Counted from the first letter of the stretch, positions 43,888-53,439 are shown. The stretch: DNA of 64,000 bases from an uncultured Chlamydiae bacterium (GCA_963754655.1 CAVWGN010000001.1:1312001-1376000), one strand, 5' to 3'. The notes: generated from the letters alone by a model not told the origin. Numbers and translations are program-made.

Positions 43888-44725
43888 GGAGCGTACCTAA
43901 AAGATTAACCATTGTATAATACAAGCGATCGTCAACATTCCTGCATAATTTTGAGCTTTCATTTCGTATCTTATTCCAATACGCCTAAATCGTTTTATAA
44001 ACTGAAAAAAATTTTCTACCAAGCAACGCTCTCTGTAGATATGTTTATCATGTTCAATTAGTTCAGCTCTTGATACTTTGCTGGGTATGACTGCTTGACT
44101 TCCCATCTTTTCTATAAAATTTCTGATTTCATTTGAGTCGTAAGCTTTATCAGCTATAACATTTTTTGGATTTTTTCCACTGAGTAAAAGCTTCATTTGA
44201 GTGCTCTCGTGTACTTGACCTTCTGTCAAGATAAAATCAATACAACGACCTAATCCATCTGTTACTGCATGAATTTTTGTGGTTGTTCCGGCCCTTGATT
44301 TTCCCATGGCTTCTTCGGCTTTTTTTTTATCCTACAAGCATCTTGATGCGCTTCAACAATTGAGCTGTCTACAGAGTAATTTTCTTCGTCAATTTCATCT
44401 TTTAAAGCTTGCCAAATCGTTTGCCAGATTCCAGCCTTTGTCCATCGATTAAAGCGATTATAACATGTGCTCCAAGGACCATACTTGGGTGGTAGATCCC
44501 TCCAAGCGGCTCCTGTTCTTAAAATCCAAATAATGCCTTCTAAAATCTTACGATGAGGCCGACTTGGTCTGCCCCAATATCCTCGTTCTTTTGGCAATAA
44601 AGGTTTTATTTTTATCCATCTTTCATTAGTTAATACTATCCTACTCATTCAAATTTCCCCCTTGTTTTATCAGAGAAAATTATAAATCATAAGAGTTATT
44701 ATTTTAAATCTTTTAGGTACGTTCC
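43888..44725 (-). mobile_element. IS5-family element (IS427-like), 838 bp
   Basis: TIRs GGAGCGTACCTAAAAGATT / GGAACGTACCTAAAAGATT; CTAG on both sides where copy 2 has a single CTAG. Confidence 0.95.
43897..44648 (-). CDS. IS5-family transposase in two ORFs joined by a probable -1 frameshift
   Basis: OrfA GIIWILRTGAAWRDLP..YGPW..YNRFNRW..VDSS; OrfB TTKIH, ADKAYD, YRERCLVENFF; A9G run at 44319-44328; OrfB is in the -1 frame. Confidence 0.9.
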
Positions 44726-45582
44726 CTAGAAACGAAACAGATGATAAGTCTGTTAATTAAAAAAATTTAAAAAAATTTAAGAAAGATGTGAATCCTGATT
44801 CTAAATTCACGATATACCCTCCTATTCTGAATCCCACAAACTTGAATCAATCTGCCTCTCAAAAAGTTGAGCAGTCGCTAGGTTCTATTGATTTTAATTC
44901 TACTTTTCAACCCATGGAAAGTCTTATTGATGGAGATTTTAAGTTTCCACAAACTGATCAATATTCATTTCTTAACAATCATACTTCTCAATTATTATTG
45001 AATTCGGACGAAGCTATTCCTAGCCATATAAATTCTATACAAGAGGATTTGACGACTTCTTCAATCGGGCAGTTAGAAGCTGTTTTTATGAATTTTAATA
45101 ATCCGCAAGCGGTGACTTCACCTACTGATCACTCTATTTTAATCCCTGCAGGTGAAGATTTGACTACGCCACCATTTAATCAAGACATAGAACCTAATGA
45201 AATCAATGATTTTATGAATCAAATTTTAATAGATTCTATGACATTCGATTTGGATAGACTGGTTGAAAATCCCTGCGATTGGTGATCCATAAGCAGGTCA
45301 ATGTTGACTTAGTGGACTTTTGGCAAATTTTAGCCACCACTCATCAATAAAAAAAGCCATAGGTGTTAAAATTGTGTTAGAAGGAAATGAACCTTAACTC
45401 TTAATTGTGACTATTTTTTTAAATTGATTTCTATTCCTTGTTCATTTAATATGCTTTTTTTGATTCAAAATTATGATCTTTAATTCAATATAATTATCTT
45501 GTTAATTTTGTTTATTTTTTTTTGTTTTAAATAAAAATTTATAAATTTTTTTTAATTAATATTAAATTTAAAAAGGAATCAT

Positions 45583-46785
45583 ATGAATGTAGGAAGTTTA
45601 ACTAGTCATAATGTCAGTGCAGAGCTAATCGCACCTTCCACCCCTAAGGCAAAAAAGGCTAAAAAAAAATGGACGGCGGCTGAAGATGCTCAATTAACTC
45701 AGTATGTTCAAGAATTTGGAAAAAATTGGAATAAAATTGCACAGAACATGCTTGATAAAACTCCTGCTCAATGTAGTTGTCATTGGATACGTGTATTGAA
45801 GCCTAGCCTCACAGATGGAAAAAAATATGGAAAATGGTCAGCAAAAGAAAATGAGCAATTGAAAATGCTGGTGAATCAGCACAAGAAAGATTGGGTAGAA
45901 ATAGCCAAGCACATTCCTGGTAGAACAAATTATCAGTGCAGGGATCATTATGAGAAATATTTAAGAGCAGATATGAATCATGAACCTTGGACAGCAGAAG
46001 AAGATGAGCGATTAAAAAAAGCCGTTCAACGCATCGGATTTGGTAAGTGGGGGCAGTGGGGTGCCATTGCACAGGAGTTGCCTGGTAGAGTAATGTCTCA
46101 ATGCGCAGGTCGCTGGTATCATTTAAATAAAAAATCCAAGAAGCGGACTAGAAACGAAACAGATGATAAGGCTGTTACTAGAAAAAATTTAAAAAAATTT
46201 AAGAAGGATGTGAATCCTGATCTTAAATTCACAACATACCCTCCTACATACCCTATATACCCTCCTATATACCCTCCTATATACCCTCCTATATACCCTC
46301 CTATTCCGAACCCCACAAACTTGAATCTATCTACCTCTCAAAAAGTTGAGCAATCGCTAAGTTCTATTGATGTTAATTCTATTTTTCAACCAACACAAAC
46401 TCTTATTGATGGAGATTTTAACTTTCCACAAACTAATCAATATTCATTTCTTACAAATCATGATTCTCAATTATTATTGGATTCGGACGAAGCTATTCTT
46501 AGCCATACAAATTCTATACAAGAGGATCTGACGTCTTCTTCATATCTCGAGCAGTTAGAAACTGTTTTTATGAATTTTAATAATCCGCAAGCGGTGACTT
46601 CACCTACTGATCACTCAATTTTAATCCCTGCAGGTGAAGATTTGACTACGCTACCATTCAATCAAGACATAGAACCTAAAAATCAAGATAGAGAATCTGA
46701 TGAAATCAATAATTTTATGAATCAAGTTTTAATAGAGTCTGTGGAATGCGATTTGGATAAAATGGCTGACCCCCGCGAGTGGTGA
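45583..46785 (+). CDS. Eukaryote-like three-repeat Myb DNA-binding protein, copy 2
   Basis: KWTAAED..W..IA..QC..W / GKWSAKEN..W..IA..GRT..QCR..Y / PWTAEEDE..W..IA..GR..QC..RW; basic KKSKKRTR and KKFKK; PPIY repeats; acidic tail. Confidence 0.92.
   Translation: MNVGSLTSHNVSAELIAPSTPKAKKAKKKWTAAEDAQLTQYVQEFGKNWNKIAQNMLDKTPAQCSCHWIRVLKPSLTDGKKYGKWSAKENEQLKMLVNQHKKDWVEIAKHIPGRTNYQCRDHYEKYLRADMNHEPWTAEEDERLKKAVQRIGFGKWGQWGAIAQELPGRVMSQCAGRWYHLNKKSKKRTRNETDDKAVTRKNLKKFKKDVNPDLKFTTYPPTYPIYPPIYPPIYPPIYPPIPNPTNLNLSTSQKVEQSLSSIDVNSIFQPTQTLIDGDFNFPQTNQYSFLTNHDSQLLLDSDEAILSHTNSIQEDLTSSSYLEQLETVFMNFNNPQAVTSPTDHSILIPAGEDLTTLPFNQDIEPKNQDRESDEINNFMNQVLIESVECDLDKMADPREW
46237..46304 (+). repeat. 12-bp coding tandem repeat TACCCTCCTATA encoding (YPPI)n
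   Basis: About five units including variants; single-copy at the equivalent position in copies 1 and 3. Confidence 0.9.
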
Positions 46786-47084
46786 TTCACAAGCAGGTCA
46801 ATGTTGACTTACTAGACTTTTGACAAATTTTAGCCGCCACTCAATAAAAAAGCCATAAGTATAAAAATTGTATTATAAGTAAATAAAGGTTAACTCTTAA
46901 TGATTACTAATTTTTTTAAATTGATTTCTATTCCTTGTTCATTTAATATGATTTTTTTTTGATTCAAGATCAATATCGTTAATTCAATATAATTATCTTG
47001 TTAATTTTATTTTTTTTGTTGTTGTTTTTAGATAAAAATTTATAAATTTTTTTTAATCAATATTTAAATTTAAAAAGGAATCAT

Positions 47085-48209
47085 ATGAATGTAGGAAGCT
47101 TAAATAGTGATAATATCAGTGCGGAGCTTATAACACCTCCTATCTCTAACGAGAATAAGACCAGGAAAAAATGGACAGAGGCTGAGAATGCTCAATTAGC
47201 TCAGTATGTTCAAGAATTTGGAGAGAATTGGCATAAAATTGCAGAGAACATGCTTGGTACAACCCATATTCAATGTAAGTATCATTGGGTACGTGTATTG
47301 AAGCCTACCCTCACAGATGGAAGATATGGAAAATGGTCTGAAGAAGAAGATGAGCAATTGACAAGGCTTGTGAATCAGCACAAGACAAATTGGATGGAGA
47401 TAGCCAAACACATTCCTGGTAGGACAGCTTCTCAGTGCAGGGAACGTTATGAGAGGTCTTTAAGACCAGGTATCAATCGTGGACCTTGGACAGCAGAAGA
47501 AGATGAGCGATTAAAGGAAGCCGTTCAACGCATCGGATTTGGCGAGTGGGGACAGTGGGTTGCCATTGCAAAGGAGTTGCCTGGTAGAATAGCTTCTCAA
47601 TGCTCAAATCACTGGAAAACATTGAATACATCATCTAAGAAGCGTACTAGAAAAGAAGTAGATGAGTCTATTACTAAAACAAATGTAAAAAAATTTAAAA
47701 ATGTTGTAGATCCTGATTTTGAATTCAGCATACCTCCTCCTATTTTGAATCCCACAAACTTGAATCAATCTCTCCCTCAAAAAGTTGAGCAACCACTAAT
47801 TTCCATTCATTTTAATTCTATTTTTCAACCAAAGACAACTCTGACTGCTGAATATTCTAACTCTCTACCGACTCATCAATATTCATTTCTTACAACCCAG
47901 TATGCTCAATTATTGAATGCGGACAAAGTTATTCATAGCCATACAAGTTCTATACAAAGGAATCGAACGACTTCTTCCCATTTGGAGCAGGACTTAGAAG
48001 CTGTTGTGATAAATTCTAATACTCCGCAAGCAGTGGCGTCGCCTGCTGATCCCTCTAGTTTAAACCCTATGGGTGCAGATTTGACTATGCAACCGCAACC
48101 ATTAAATCAAGAGATAGAACCTGATATAGAACCTAAAAATCAAGAGATAGAAACTAATAAAGTCTATCATTTTATGATTCAAATTTTAATGAATTCAATG
48201 AAAGGCTAA
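47085..48209 (+). CDS. Eukaryote-like three-repeat Myb DNA-binding protein, copy 3
   Basis: KWTEAEN, GKWSEEEDE..GRTASQCRERY..L.P.I..GPWTAEEDE..GRIASQCSNHW; SKKRTRK and KKFK basic patches. Confidence 0.92.
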   Translation: MNVGSLNSDNISAELITPPISNENKTRKKWTEAENAQLAQYVQEFGENWHKIAENMLGTTHIQCKYHWVRVLKPTLTDGRYGKWSEEEDEQLTRLVNQHKTNWMEIAKHIPGRTASQCRERYERSLRPGINRGPWTAEEDERLKEAVQRIGFGEWGQWVAIAKELPGRIASQCSNHWKTLNTSSKKRTRKEVDESITKTNVKKFKNVVDPDFEFSIPPPILNPTNLNQSLPQKVEQPLISIHFNSIFQPKTTLTAEYSNSLPTHQYSFLTTQYAQLLNADKVIHSHTSSIQRNRTTSSHLEQDLEAVVINSNTPQAVASPADPSSLNPMGADLTMQPQPLNQEIEPDIEPKNQEIETNKVYHFMIQILMNSMKG

Positions 48210-48275
48210 AATTCTTTGACACTCACTTTGAGTAAACTGGCTTGAAAAATTCCCGCGATTGGGTGATCCACAAGT

Positions 48276-48302
48276 GGATCAATATTAACTTAATATTGAT
48301 CC
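48276..48302. other. Perfect inverted repeat after the Myb array (possible terminator or operator)
   Basis: GGATCAATATTAA-C-TTAATATTGATCC. Confidence 0.5.
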
Positions 48303-48440
48303 TCTTGCGTAAGCTCAATCCTCATCAACAGCGAAGGATTTAAAGAATGAGAGTGCGGCTTTTCAGGACTTTGCTTTCCCCTTTTATACATTTTATGTTA
48401 ATAAGGATGAAGAAACTGAGATTTAAGCTGTTTGGATTCT

Positions 48441-50717
48441 ATGAAACAATATTGCTTGTTTTGCCTTTGCCTCCTCCTTGTATTTCTTCCACTCATTGGA
48501 AAAGAGCAAACGAATCCTACTTTCTTGAGTTTAAAGGGTTTTTTGGGCAAAGAAAAGATAGCTACAGCCAAAAGCTCTTTAGATCCTCTTTCTCAAACTT
48601 CCCTTCAAAGGGCAACACTTCTCTTAGAAATTAATTCAACTGGCGGCGACTTAAGTCAGGTGATAGATTTTGCAAAAAAGATTTATGAATTGAAAAAGTT
48701 GAACCAACTCAAAGTCGTCGTCTATCTCCATGACAATGCACTTGGTCCCTCTGCAGTTCTTCCTTTCTTAGCGGATGAACTTTATTGCTCTTTATTTGTT
48801 TCTTGGGGAGATATTCCTTTAGGAGCCGAAGGGGCACTTCCTCCTAACATTTTGCGCAACCAAGTGCGAAGCTTAATCGATCCTCAAAACACCCATGCGG
48901 CGATGTTGAATCTATTAGCAGATGCCATGTCGGATCCATCGTTGCAGGTGGTTAATGACCAGGGGTGGAAAATTGTTTCTGGTCCTCAACATCCAGGAGG
49001 ATCGCTGATCTCTACAGCCGGGCAAACTTTGGTTCTTAATCAAAACCAATTACAGGAATTAGCGTTAGTCAAAGCAGTTTTCCCTCCGGAACAGTTTGAA
49101 AAGCGATATGCTGTGCATTTCGAGTCAAGCTCTAATACTTTGCAAGAGAAGACCTTCCCTTTACAAGCAACAGCTCAGTCTGTAGAGAATAAACTCCAAC
49201 AAGCGATTCACTTTAATCATCAGGGGCCCAATCAAGTTGGGTACCTTTACATTGGCGATCATGAAACTGCGATTAGTCAATCCACCTGGCTATATGTTAA
49301 GCAAGCATTGAATTTTTATCAGAAGCAACATCCCCATCCCATTTTTATTATTCTGGAATTAAACACTCCTGGTGGCGAAGTCTTTGCTGCACAAAAAATT
49401 TCTGATGCTCTCAAAGAGATGGATATCCAGTTTAACATTCCAATTGTAGCTTTTATCAACAATTGGGCCATTTCGGCTGGAGCGATGCTGGCTTATTCAT
49501 GTCGCATCATAACCACTGCTAAAGATGGGAGTATGGGGGCTGCAGAACCTGTCTATGCCGGGGCAGAGGGAAAAATGGAGACCGCTTCCGAAAAAGTGAA
49601 TTCTGCCTTACGCGCCGACTTTGCTAATCGTGCCCGTTTTTTTGATCGCAATCCTTTAATTGCAGAAGCGATGGTGGATAAAGATATGATTCTTGTCCTC
49701 CGCCATGGCGAAGTCATGCAGCTTGAAAATGAAAATCAAATGCGCTTGACAGGTCCTGATCCCGATATTGTCATGACAACCAAAGGCAAACTGTTAACCT
49801 TAAATGCTGAACAAATGATTGATGATGGAGTCGCCGATTTGCTTCTGCCTCCTAATAAGCTAGATAAAATCACAGCTGAGGAAAAAAACATAGGCCAATG
49901 GCCCGCAAGTAAAATGCTTCTTTTTCAATCCTCTTTTTTTTCTAGCATTCCACAAGTCACTATTCAAGCTTATAAAATGGATTGGAAGACGCAGTTTTTT
50001 GTCTTTTTAGCCACGCCGCTTGTTTCCTCTCTTTTATTTATGGGATTGATCGTAGGAGTGTATATCGAAATGAATCATCCAGGACTAAGCTTGCCAGGTT
50101 TTATAGCTGGAACATGCCTTTTGCTGATGATTCTTTCAAGCTTTTCTCTTGAACTTGCTAACTGGCTTGAATTGATTATGCTTCTGACAGGACTCGTTCT
50201 CATTCTTGCCGAGCTCTTTGTCTTACCTACATTTGGATTATTGGGAGTCTTGGGCATTATTTTATTTTTTGCTGGTTTGTTTGGCATGTTATTGCCAAGC
50301 TTGAGTTCTGTTAAGTTTGAATATGACACGCAAACACTCAATGCAGCTGGACAATATTTTATAGAGCGTTTAGCTTGGCTTTGTGGGTCATTAATTCTGA
50401 GTGTCATCATTATTGCTATCTTAGCCCGCTATGTCTTTCCAAGTTTTCCTATTTTTAATCGTTTTGTTTTAGTTGGGCATGAGCAAGAGGCTTCTAGAGG
50501 ATTTGTCGCAGGGGATAATCCCGCTGATTTGCCACAGCCTGGCACTCGTGCAGAAGTTTTTGCTACGTTGCGTCCCGCTGGAAAAATTATCACTCAGGAT
50601 CGCATTTACGATGCAGTGAGTACCGGAGATTTTATTAATGCCGGAGAGCAGGTGATCATTGTCCGATTAGAAGGCAGCGTCATTTTTGTGAATCGTGAAA
50701 GGGGAACACAAGCATGA
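48441..50717 (+). CDS. Long NfeD family membrane-bound ClpP-class serine protease
   Basis: Signal peptide, LELNTPGG, AISAGA, MGAAEP, TM bundle, OB-fold LRPAGK..YDAVS.G; start placed at ATG 48441. Confidence 0.9.
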   Translation: MKQYCLFCLCLLLVFLPLIGKEQTNPTFLSLKGFLGKEKIATAKSSLDPLSQTSLQRATLLLEINSTGGDLSQVIDFAKKIYELKKLNQLKVVVYLHDNALGPSAVLPFLADELYCSLFVSWGDIPLGAEGALPPNILRNQVRSLIDPQNTHAAMLNLLADAMSDPSLQVVNDQGWKIVSGPQHPGGSLISTAGQTLVLNQNQLQELALVKAVFPPEQFEKRYAVHFESSSNTLQEKTFPLQATAQSVENKLQQAIHFNHQGPNQVGYLYIGDHETAISQSTWLYVKQALNFYQKQHPHPIFIILELNTPGGEVFAAQKISDALKEMDIQFNIPIVAFINNWAISAGAMLAYSCRIITTAKDGSMGAAEPVYAGAEGKMETASEKVNSALRADFANRARFFDRNPLIAEAMVDKDMILVLRHGEVMQLENENQMRLTGPDPDIVMTTKGKLLTLNAEQMIDDGVADLLLPPNKLDKITAEEKNIGQWPASKMLLFQSSFFSSIPQVTIQAYKMDWKTQFFVFLATPLVSSLLFMGLIVGVYIEMNHPGLSLPGFIAGTCLLLMILSSFSLELANWLELIMLLTGLVLILAELFVLPTFGLLGVLGIILFFAGLFGMLLPSLSSVKFEYDTQTLNAAGQYFIERLAWLCGSLILSVIIIAILARYVFPSFPIFNRFVLVGHEQEASRGFVAGDNPADLPQPGTRAEVFATLRPAGKIITQDRIYDAVSTGDFINAGEQVIIVRLEGSVIFVNRERGTQA

Positions 50718-51193
50718 TTCCCTTTTTACTTGTTTTACTAGGTTTGGCTCTCATTTTATTTGAGTTCTATCTTCCAGGAGCTATATTGGGAACTTTAGGA
50801 GGAATTTCCATTTTGGCCGGAATCCTCTTATTTGCTTCTCAAACTTCTTCTCTATTAGCCATTGTCTTATTCGTCCTAGGAACTGCTGTGGCTGTTGGGC
50901 TATTGATTCGTTTTGCCATTTGGCGCATTGTCCATGCCAAACCGCAATACAGTATTTATTCAAATGCCAATCAAGAAGGCTATCAAGCTTCTAGCTATGA
51001 CAAAAGTGCTATTGGAAAAACAGGCGTTGTCATTGCCGATCTTAAACCCGGCGGGTATATTTTAGTAGAAGGACGCCAGCATCCTGCGATTTCCATTAGC
51101 GGTTATCTTGTAAAAGGAGAGACTGTCATTGTGATAGGAGGCCAAGAACAAAGCTTAATGGTTCAACTCACCAAAAAGGAACAGACACCATGA
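50714..51193 (+). CDS. Short NfeD family protein
   Basis: TM helices (LFEFYLPG) plus OB-fold IGKTG..DLKPGG. Confidence 0.88.
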   Translation: MIPFLLVLLGLALILFEFYLPGAILGTLGGISILAGILLFASQTSSLLAIVLFVLGTAVAVGLLIRFAIWRIVHAKPQYSIYSNANQEGYQASSYDKSAIGKTGVVIADLKPGGYILVEGRQHPAISISGYLVKGETVIVIGGQEQSLMVQLTKKEQTP

Positions 51194-52218
51194 TCCATTT
51201 ATTGCAAACAGCAACGCCCGAAATGAATATAGGATTTTATTTTATCATTTTTATCGTTGCCATTATTTTATTGATCATCCTAAGTATTTTAGGAAAATTC
51301 ATCAGCTTGTGGTTTCAAGCTTTTGTTTCCGGGACTCCGATTCCCTTATTTAATATCATTGGAATGAGCCTGCGTAAAATCCCTCCACGCGTGATTGTGA
51401 ATGCTCGCATTAATTTATTTAAAGCGGGACTTAAGGAAATTAGTGTGTCAGATCTCGAAACCCACTATTTAGCAGGGGGGCATATTTCTAATGTCGTTGA
51501 GGCCCTTATTGCAGCAGACAAAGCCAATATCCCGCTTGATTGGCGTCGTGCCACAGCTATCGACTTAGCGGGACGCGACTTAAAAGATGCCGTACAGACT
51601 TCTGTCAATCCACGTGTGATCGATTGCCCTAATCATGGAGGATATATTACAGGTGTGGCAAAAGATGGTATTCAATTGAATTGCCGAGCTCGAGTGACAG
51701 TGCGCACAAATATCGCTCAATTAGTAGGAGGAGCAACGGAAGAGACAATTATTGCTCGTGTTGGAGAGGGAATTGTCAGTGCCATTGGGGGATCTGATAC
51801 TCATAAACAAGTGCTAGAATCTCCTCAAAGAATTTCTAAATTGGTCTTAGAAAAAGGATTAGATGCTTCTACGGCATTTTTAATTTTGTCCATTGATATT
51901 GTCGAAATCAATCTTGGAGAAAATATCGGTGCTAGATTGCGAACTGATCAAGCGGAGTCCGATATTCGCATTGCCAAAGCAGAAGCAGAGAAACGGCGTA
52001 CTATGGCAGTTGCGATGGAACAAGAAAATTTAGCAAAGGTGCGTGATATGGAAGCTAAACTTGTCGAAGCACAAGCGGCTGTTCCGTTGGCAATGGCTGA
52101 AGCCTTTAGATCGGGAAGATTGGGTATTATGGACTATCAACGTATTCAGAATGTTCAAGCCGATACTGATATGCGCAATGCGCTTGCTAAGCCAGAAGGT
52201 GAACAAAAGCAAACTTAG
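51190..52218 (+). CDS. floA: Flotillin-like protein FloA (YqfA)
   Basis: [60 protein letters not shown]. Confidence 0.95.
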   Translation: MIHLLQTATPEMNIGFYFIIFIVAIILLIILSILGKFISLWFQAFVSGTPIPLFNIIGMSLRKIPPRVIVNARINLFKAGLKEISVSDLETHYLAGGHISNVVEALIAADKANIPLDWRRATAIDLAGRDLKDAVQTSVNPRVIDCPNHGGYITGVAKDGIQLNCRARVTVRTNIAQLVGGATEETIIARVGEGIVSAIGGSDTHKQVLESPQRISKLVLEKGLDASTAFLILSIDIVEINLGENIGARLRTDQAESDIRIAKAEAEKRRTMAVAMEQENLAKVRDMEAKLVEAQAAVPLAMAEAFRSGRLGIMDYQRIQNVQADTDMRNALAKPEGEQKQT

Positions 52219-52224
52219 AGGTTA

Positions 52225-52740
52225 ATGGCCATGGTGGAATTCATCGGATTTATCATTAGCCTATTGGCACTTTTTTATCTTTTCATCAAGCAAAATAGCC
52301 GTACTGAACGCCAAACGCAGCCAACAGACGATTCAATTGAGGGAAAGGAAGAGTATCCTTTTAAGCAGTTTCTAAGAGAGATAAAAAAGGAAGTGGAGGC
52401 AAGGGAGAATGTTCAGCGCCTGCCACCGCCTCCTTCTCCTCCTAAAGTTGCCAAGCAGTCTAAAAAGCCTCGTCCTGTATTGGAAGAGGGTCGTTTGAAA
52501 AATCAAATTGAACAGCATCGCATGAAAACTTCTGTGGAAGATCGGCGCGTAAAATCAAGGGTTCATCAAGAAGAGCAGCCAGGACGCATGGTGATGTTGC
52601 CTACAAGGCATCCTCACATCGAAGAAAATAGAATAAAAGGACCCTCTAGAGTTCAATTAGCACTTCATCGCTTAGCCAGCAGGAAGGATTTGATCATTTA
52701 TCAAGAAATTATTGATAAGCCCAAAAGCATGCGACCATGA
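52225..52740 (+). CDS. Hypothetical protein with N-terminal TM (YqfB-like position)
   Basis: TM, proline-rich middle, C-terminal IIYQEIIDKPKS; follows floA. Confidence 0.75.
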   Translation: MAMVEFIGFIISLLALFYLFIKQNSRTERQTQPTDDSIEGKEEYPFKQFLREIKKEVEARENVQRLPPPPSPPKVAKQSKKPRPVLEEGRLKNQIEQHRMKTSVEDRRVKSRVHQEEQPGRMVMLPTRHPHIEENRIKGPSRVQLALHRLASRKDLIIYQEIIDKPKSMRP

Positions 52741-53423
52741 GCGTTGATACGCATTATTGCCAGGTTGCTCAACTTGTTGAAGAAAAAGCTCTGGCTTGCG
52801 GACGCCGGCCTGCAGAAATCACTTTAATTGCCGTCTCCAAAACATACTCTATTAACTCTCTGCAATCTGTTTACCAGAAAGGGGGTAGGAATTTTGGAGA
52901 AAGCCGCATTCAAGAGGCATTAGACAAGATCCCTTATTTGCCCAAGGACTGCAAATGGCATTTAATTGGGACCTTACAAAGCAATAAAGTGGTTAAAGCC
53001 ATTTCCGCTTTTCAGCTTATTCATTCAGTTGATACCCCTTTATTGGCTCAGAAGATTTCGCTAGTAAGTCAAACGAAAGGAATCACAACATCCATTCTTT
53101 TACAAGTCAATACATCGGGCGAAAAGACAAAGCATGGCTTATCCCCAAACGAATGGGAACGTGCTCTTGAAACAATCAACCAATTCCCGTCTCTTAAAAT
53201 TGAGGGGTTGATGACCATGGCTCCCTATACAGATGATCAAGAGAGTATTCGCGCCTGCTTTCACCAGCTATATCAGTTACGTGAATCTTGGCGCAAACAA
53301 ATGAAAAATCCTATAGATTTTCAACATTTATCTATGGGAATGTCACAGGATTATCTCATTGCAATTGAAGAAGGTGCTACTCTATTGAGAGTAGGCACAG
53401 CTATTTTTGGATCACGCCTTTAA
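52737..53423 (+). CDS. yggS: PLP homeostasis protein, YggS family
   Basis: LIAVSK, FGESRIQE, WHLIGTLQSNK, HSVD, GLMTM, LSMGMS.DY, RVGTAIFG. Confidence 0.96.
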   Translation: MSVDTHYCQVAQLVEEKALACGRRPAEITLIAVSKTYSINSLQSVYQKGGRNFGESRIQEALDKIPYLPKDCKWHLIGTLQSNKVVKAISAFQLIHSVDTPLLAQKISLVSQTKGITTSILLQVNTSGEKTKHGLSPNEWERALETINQFPSLKIEGLMTMAPYTDDQESIRACFHQLYQLRESWRKQMKNPIDFQHLSMGMSQDYLIAIEEGATLLRVGTAIFGSRL

Positions 53424-53439
53424 TGACGCAGCGGCTCTG

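Larger units (their letters stand above)
43319..45285 (+). pseudogene. Three-repeat Myb-like protein, copy 1, split by IS5 and carrying an in-frame TAA
   Basis: 5' part (43319-43887) encodes three Myb repeats; 3' part (44726-45285) is colinear with copy 2 but has TAA at 44758-44760 where copy 2 has AGA. Confidence 0.9.

Noticed and set aside
43888..44725. IS5 transposase as the mobiliser of element D
   Set aside because: Shares the CTAG target, but the terminal repeats (GGAGCGTACC versus TACTCAACCA) are unrelated
44788..45285. Stand-alone 165-aa gene
   Set aside because: It is the detached C-terminal part of Myb copy 1, colinear with copy 2
46119..46316. Minus-strand GGYI-repeat ORF
   Set aside because: Antisense shadow of the YPPI microsatellite
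48347..48634. 95-aa ORF overlapping the nfeD start, and other short ORFs nested in long genes
   Set aside because: Alternate-frame or antisense overlaps of well-supported CDSs with no motifs of their own
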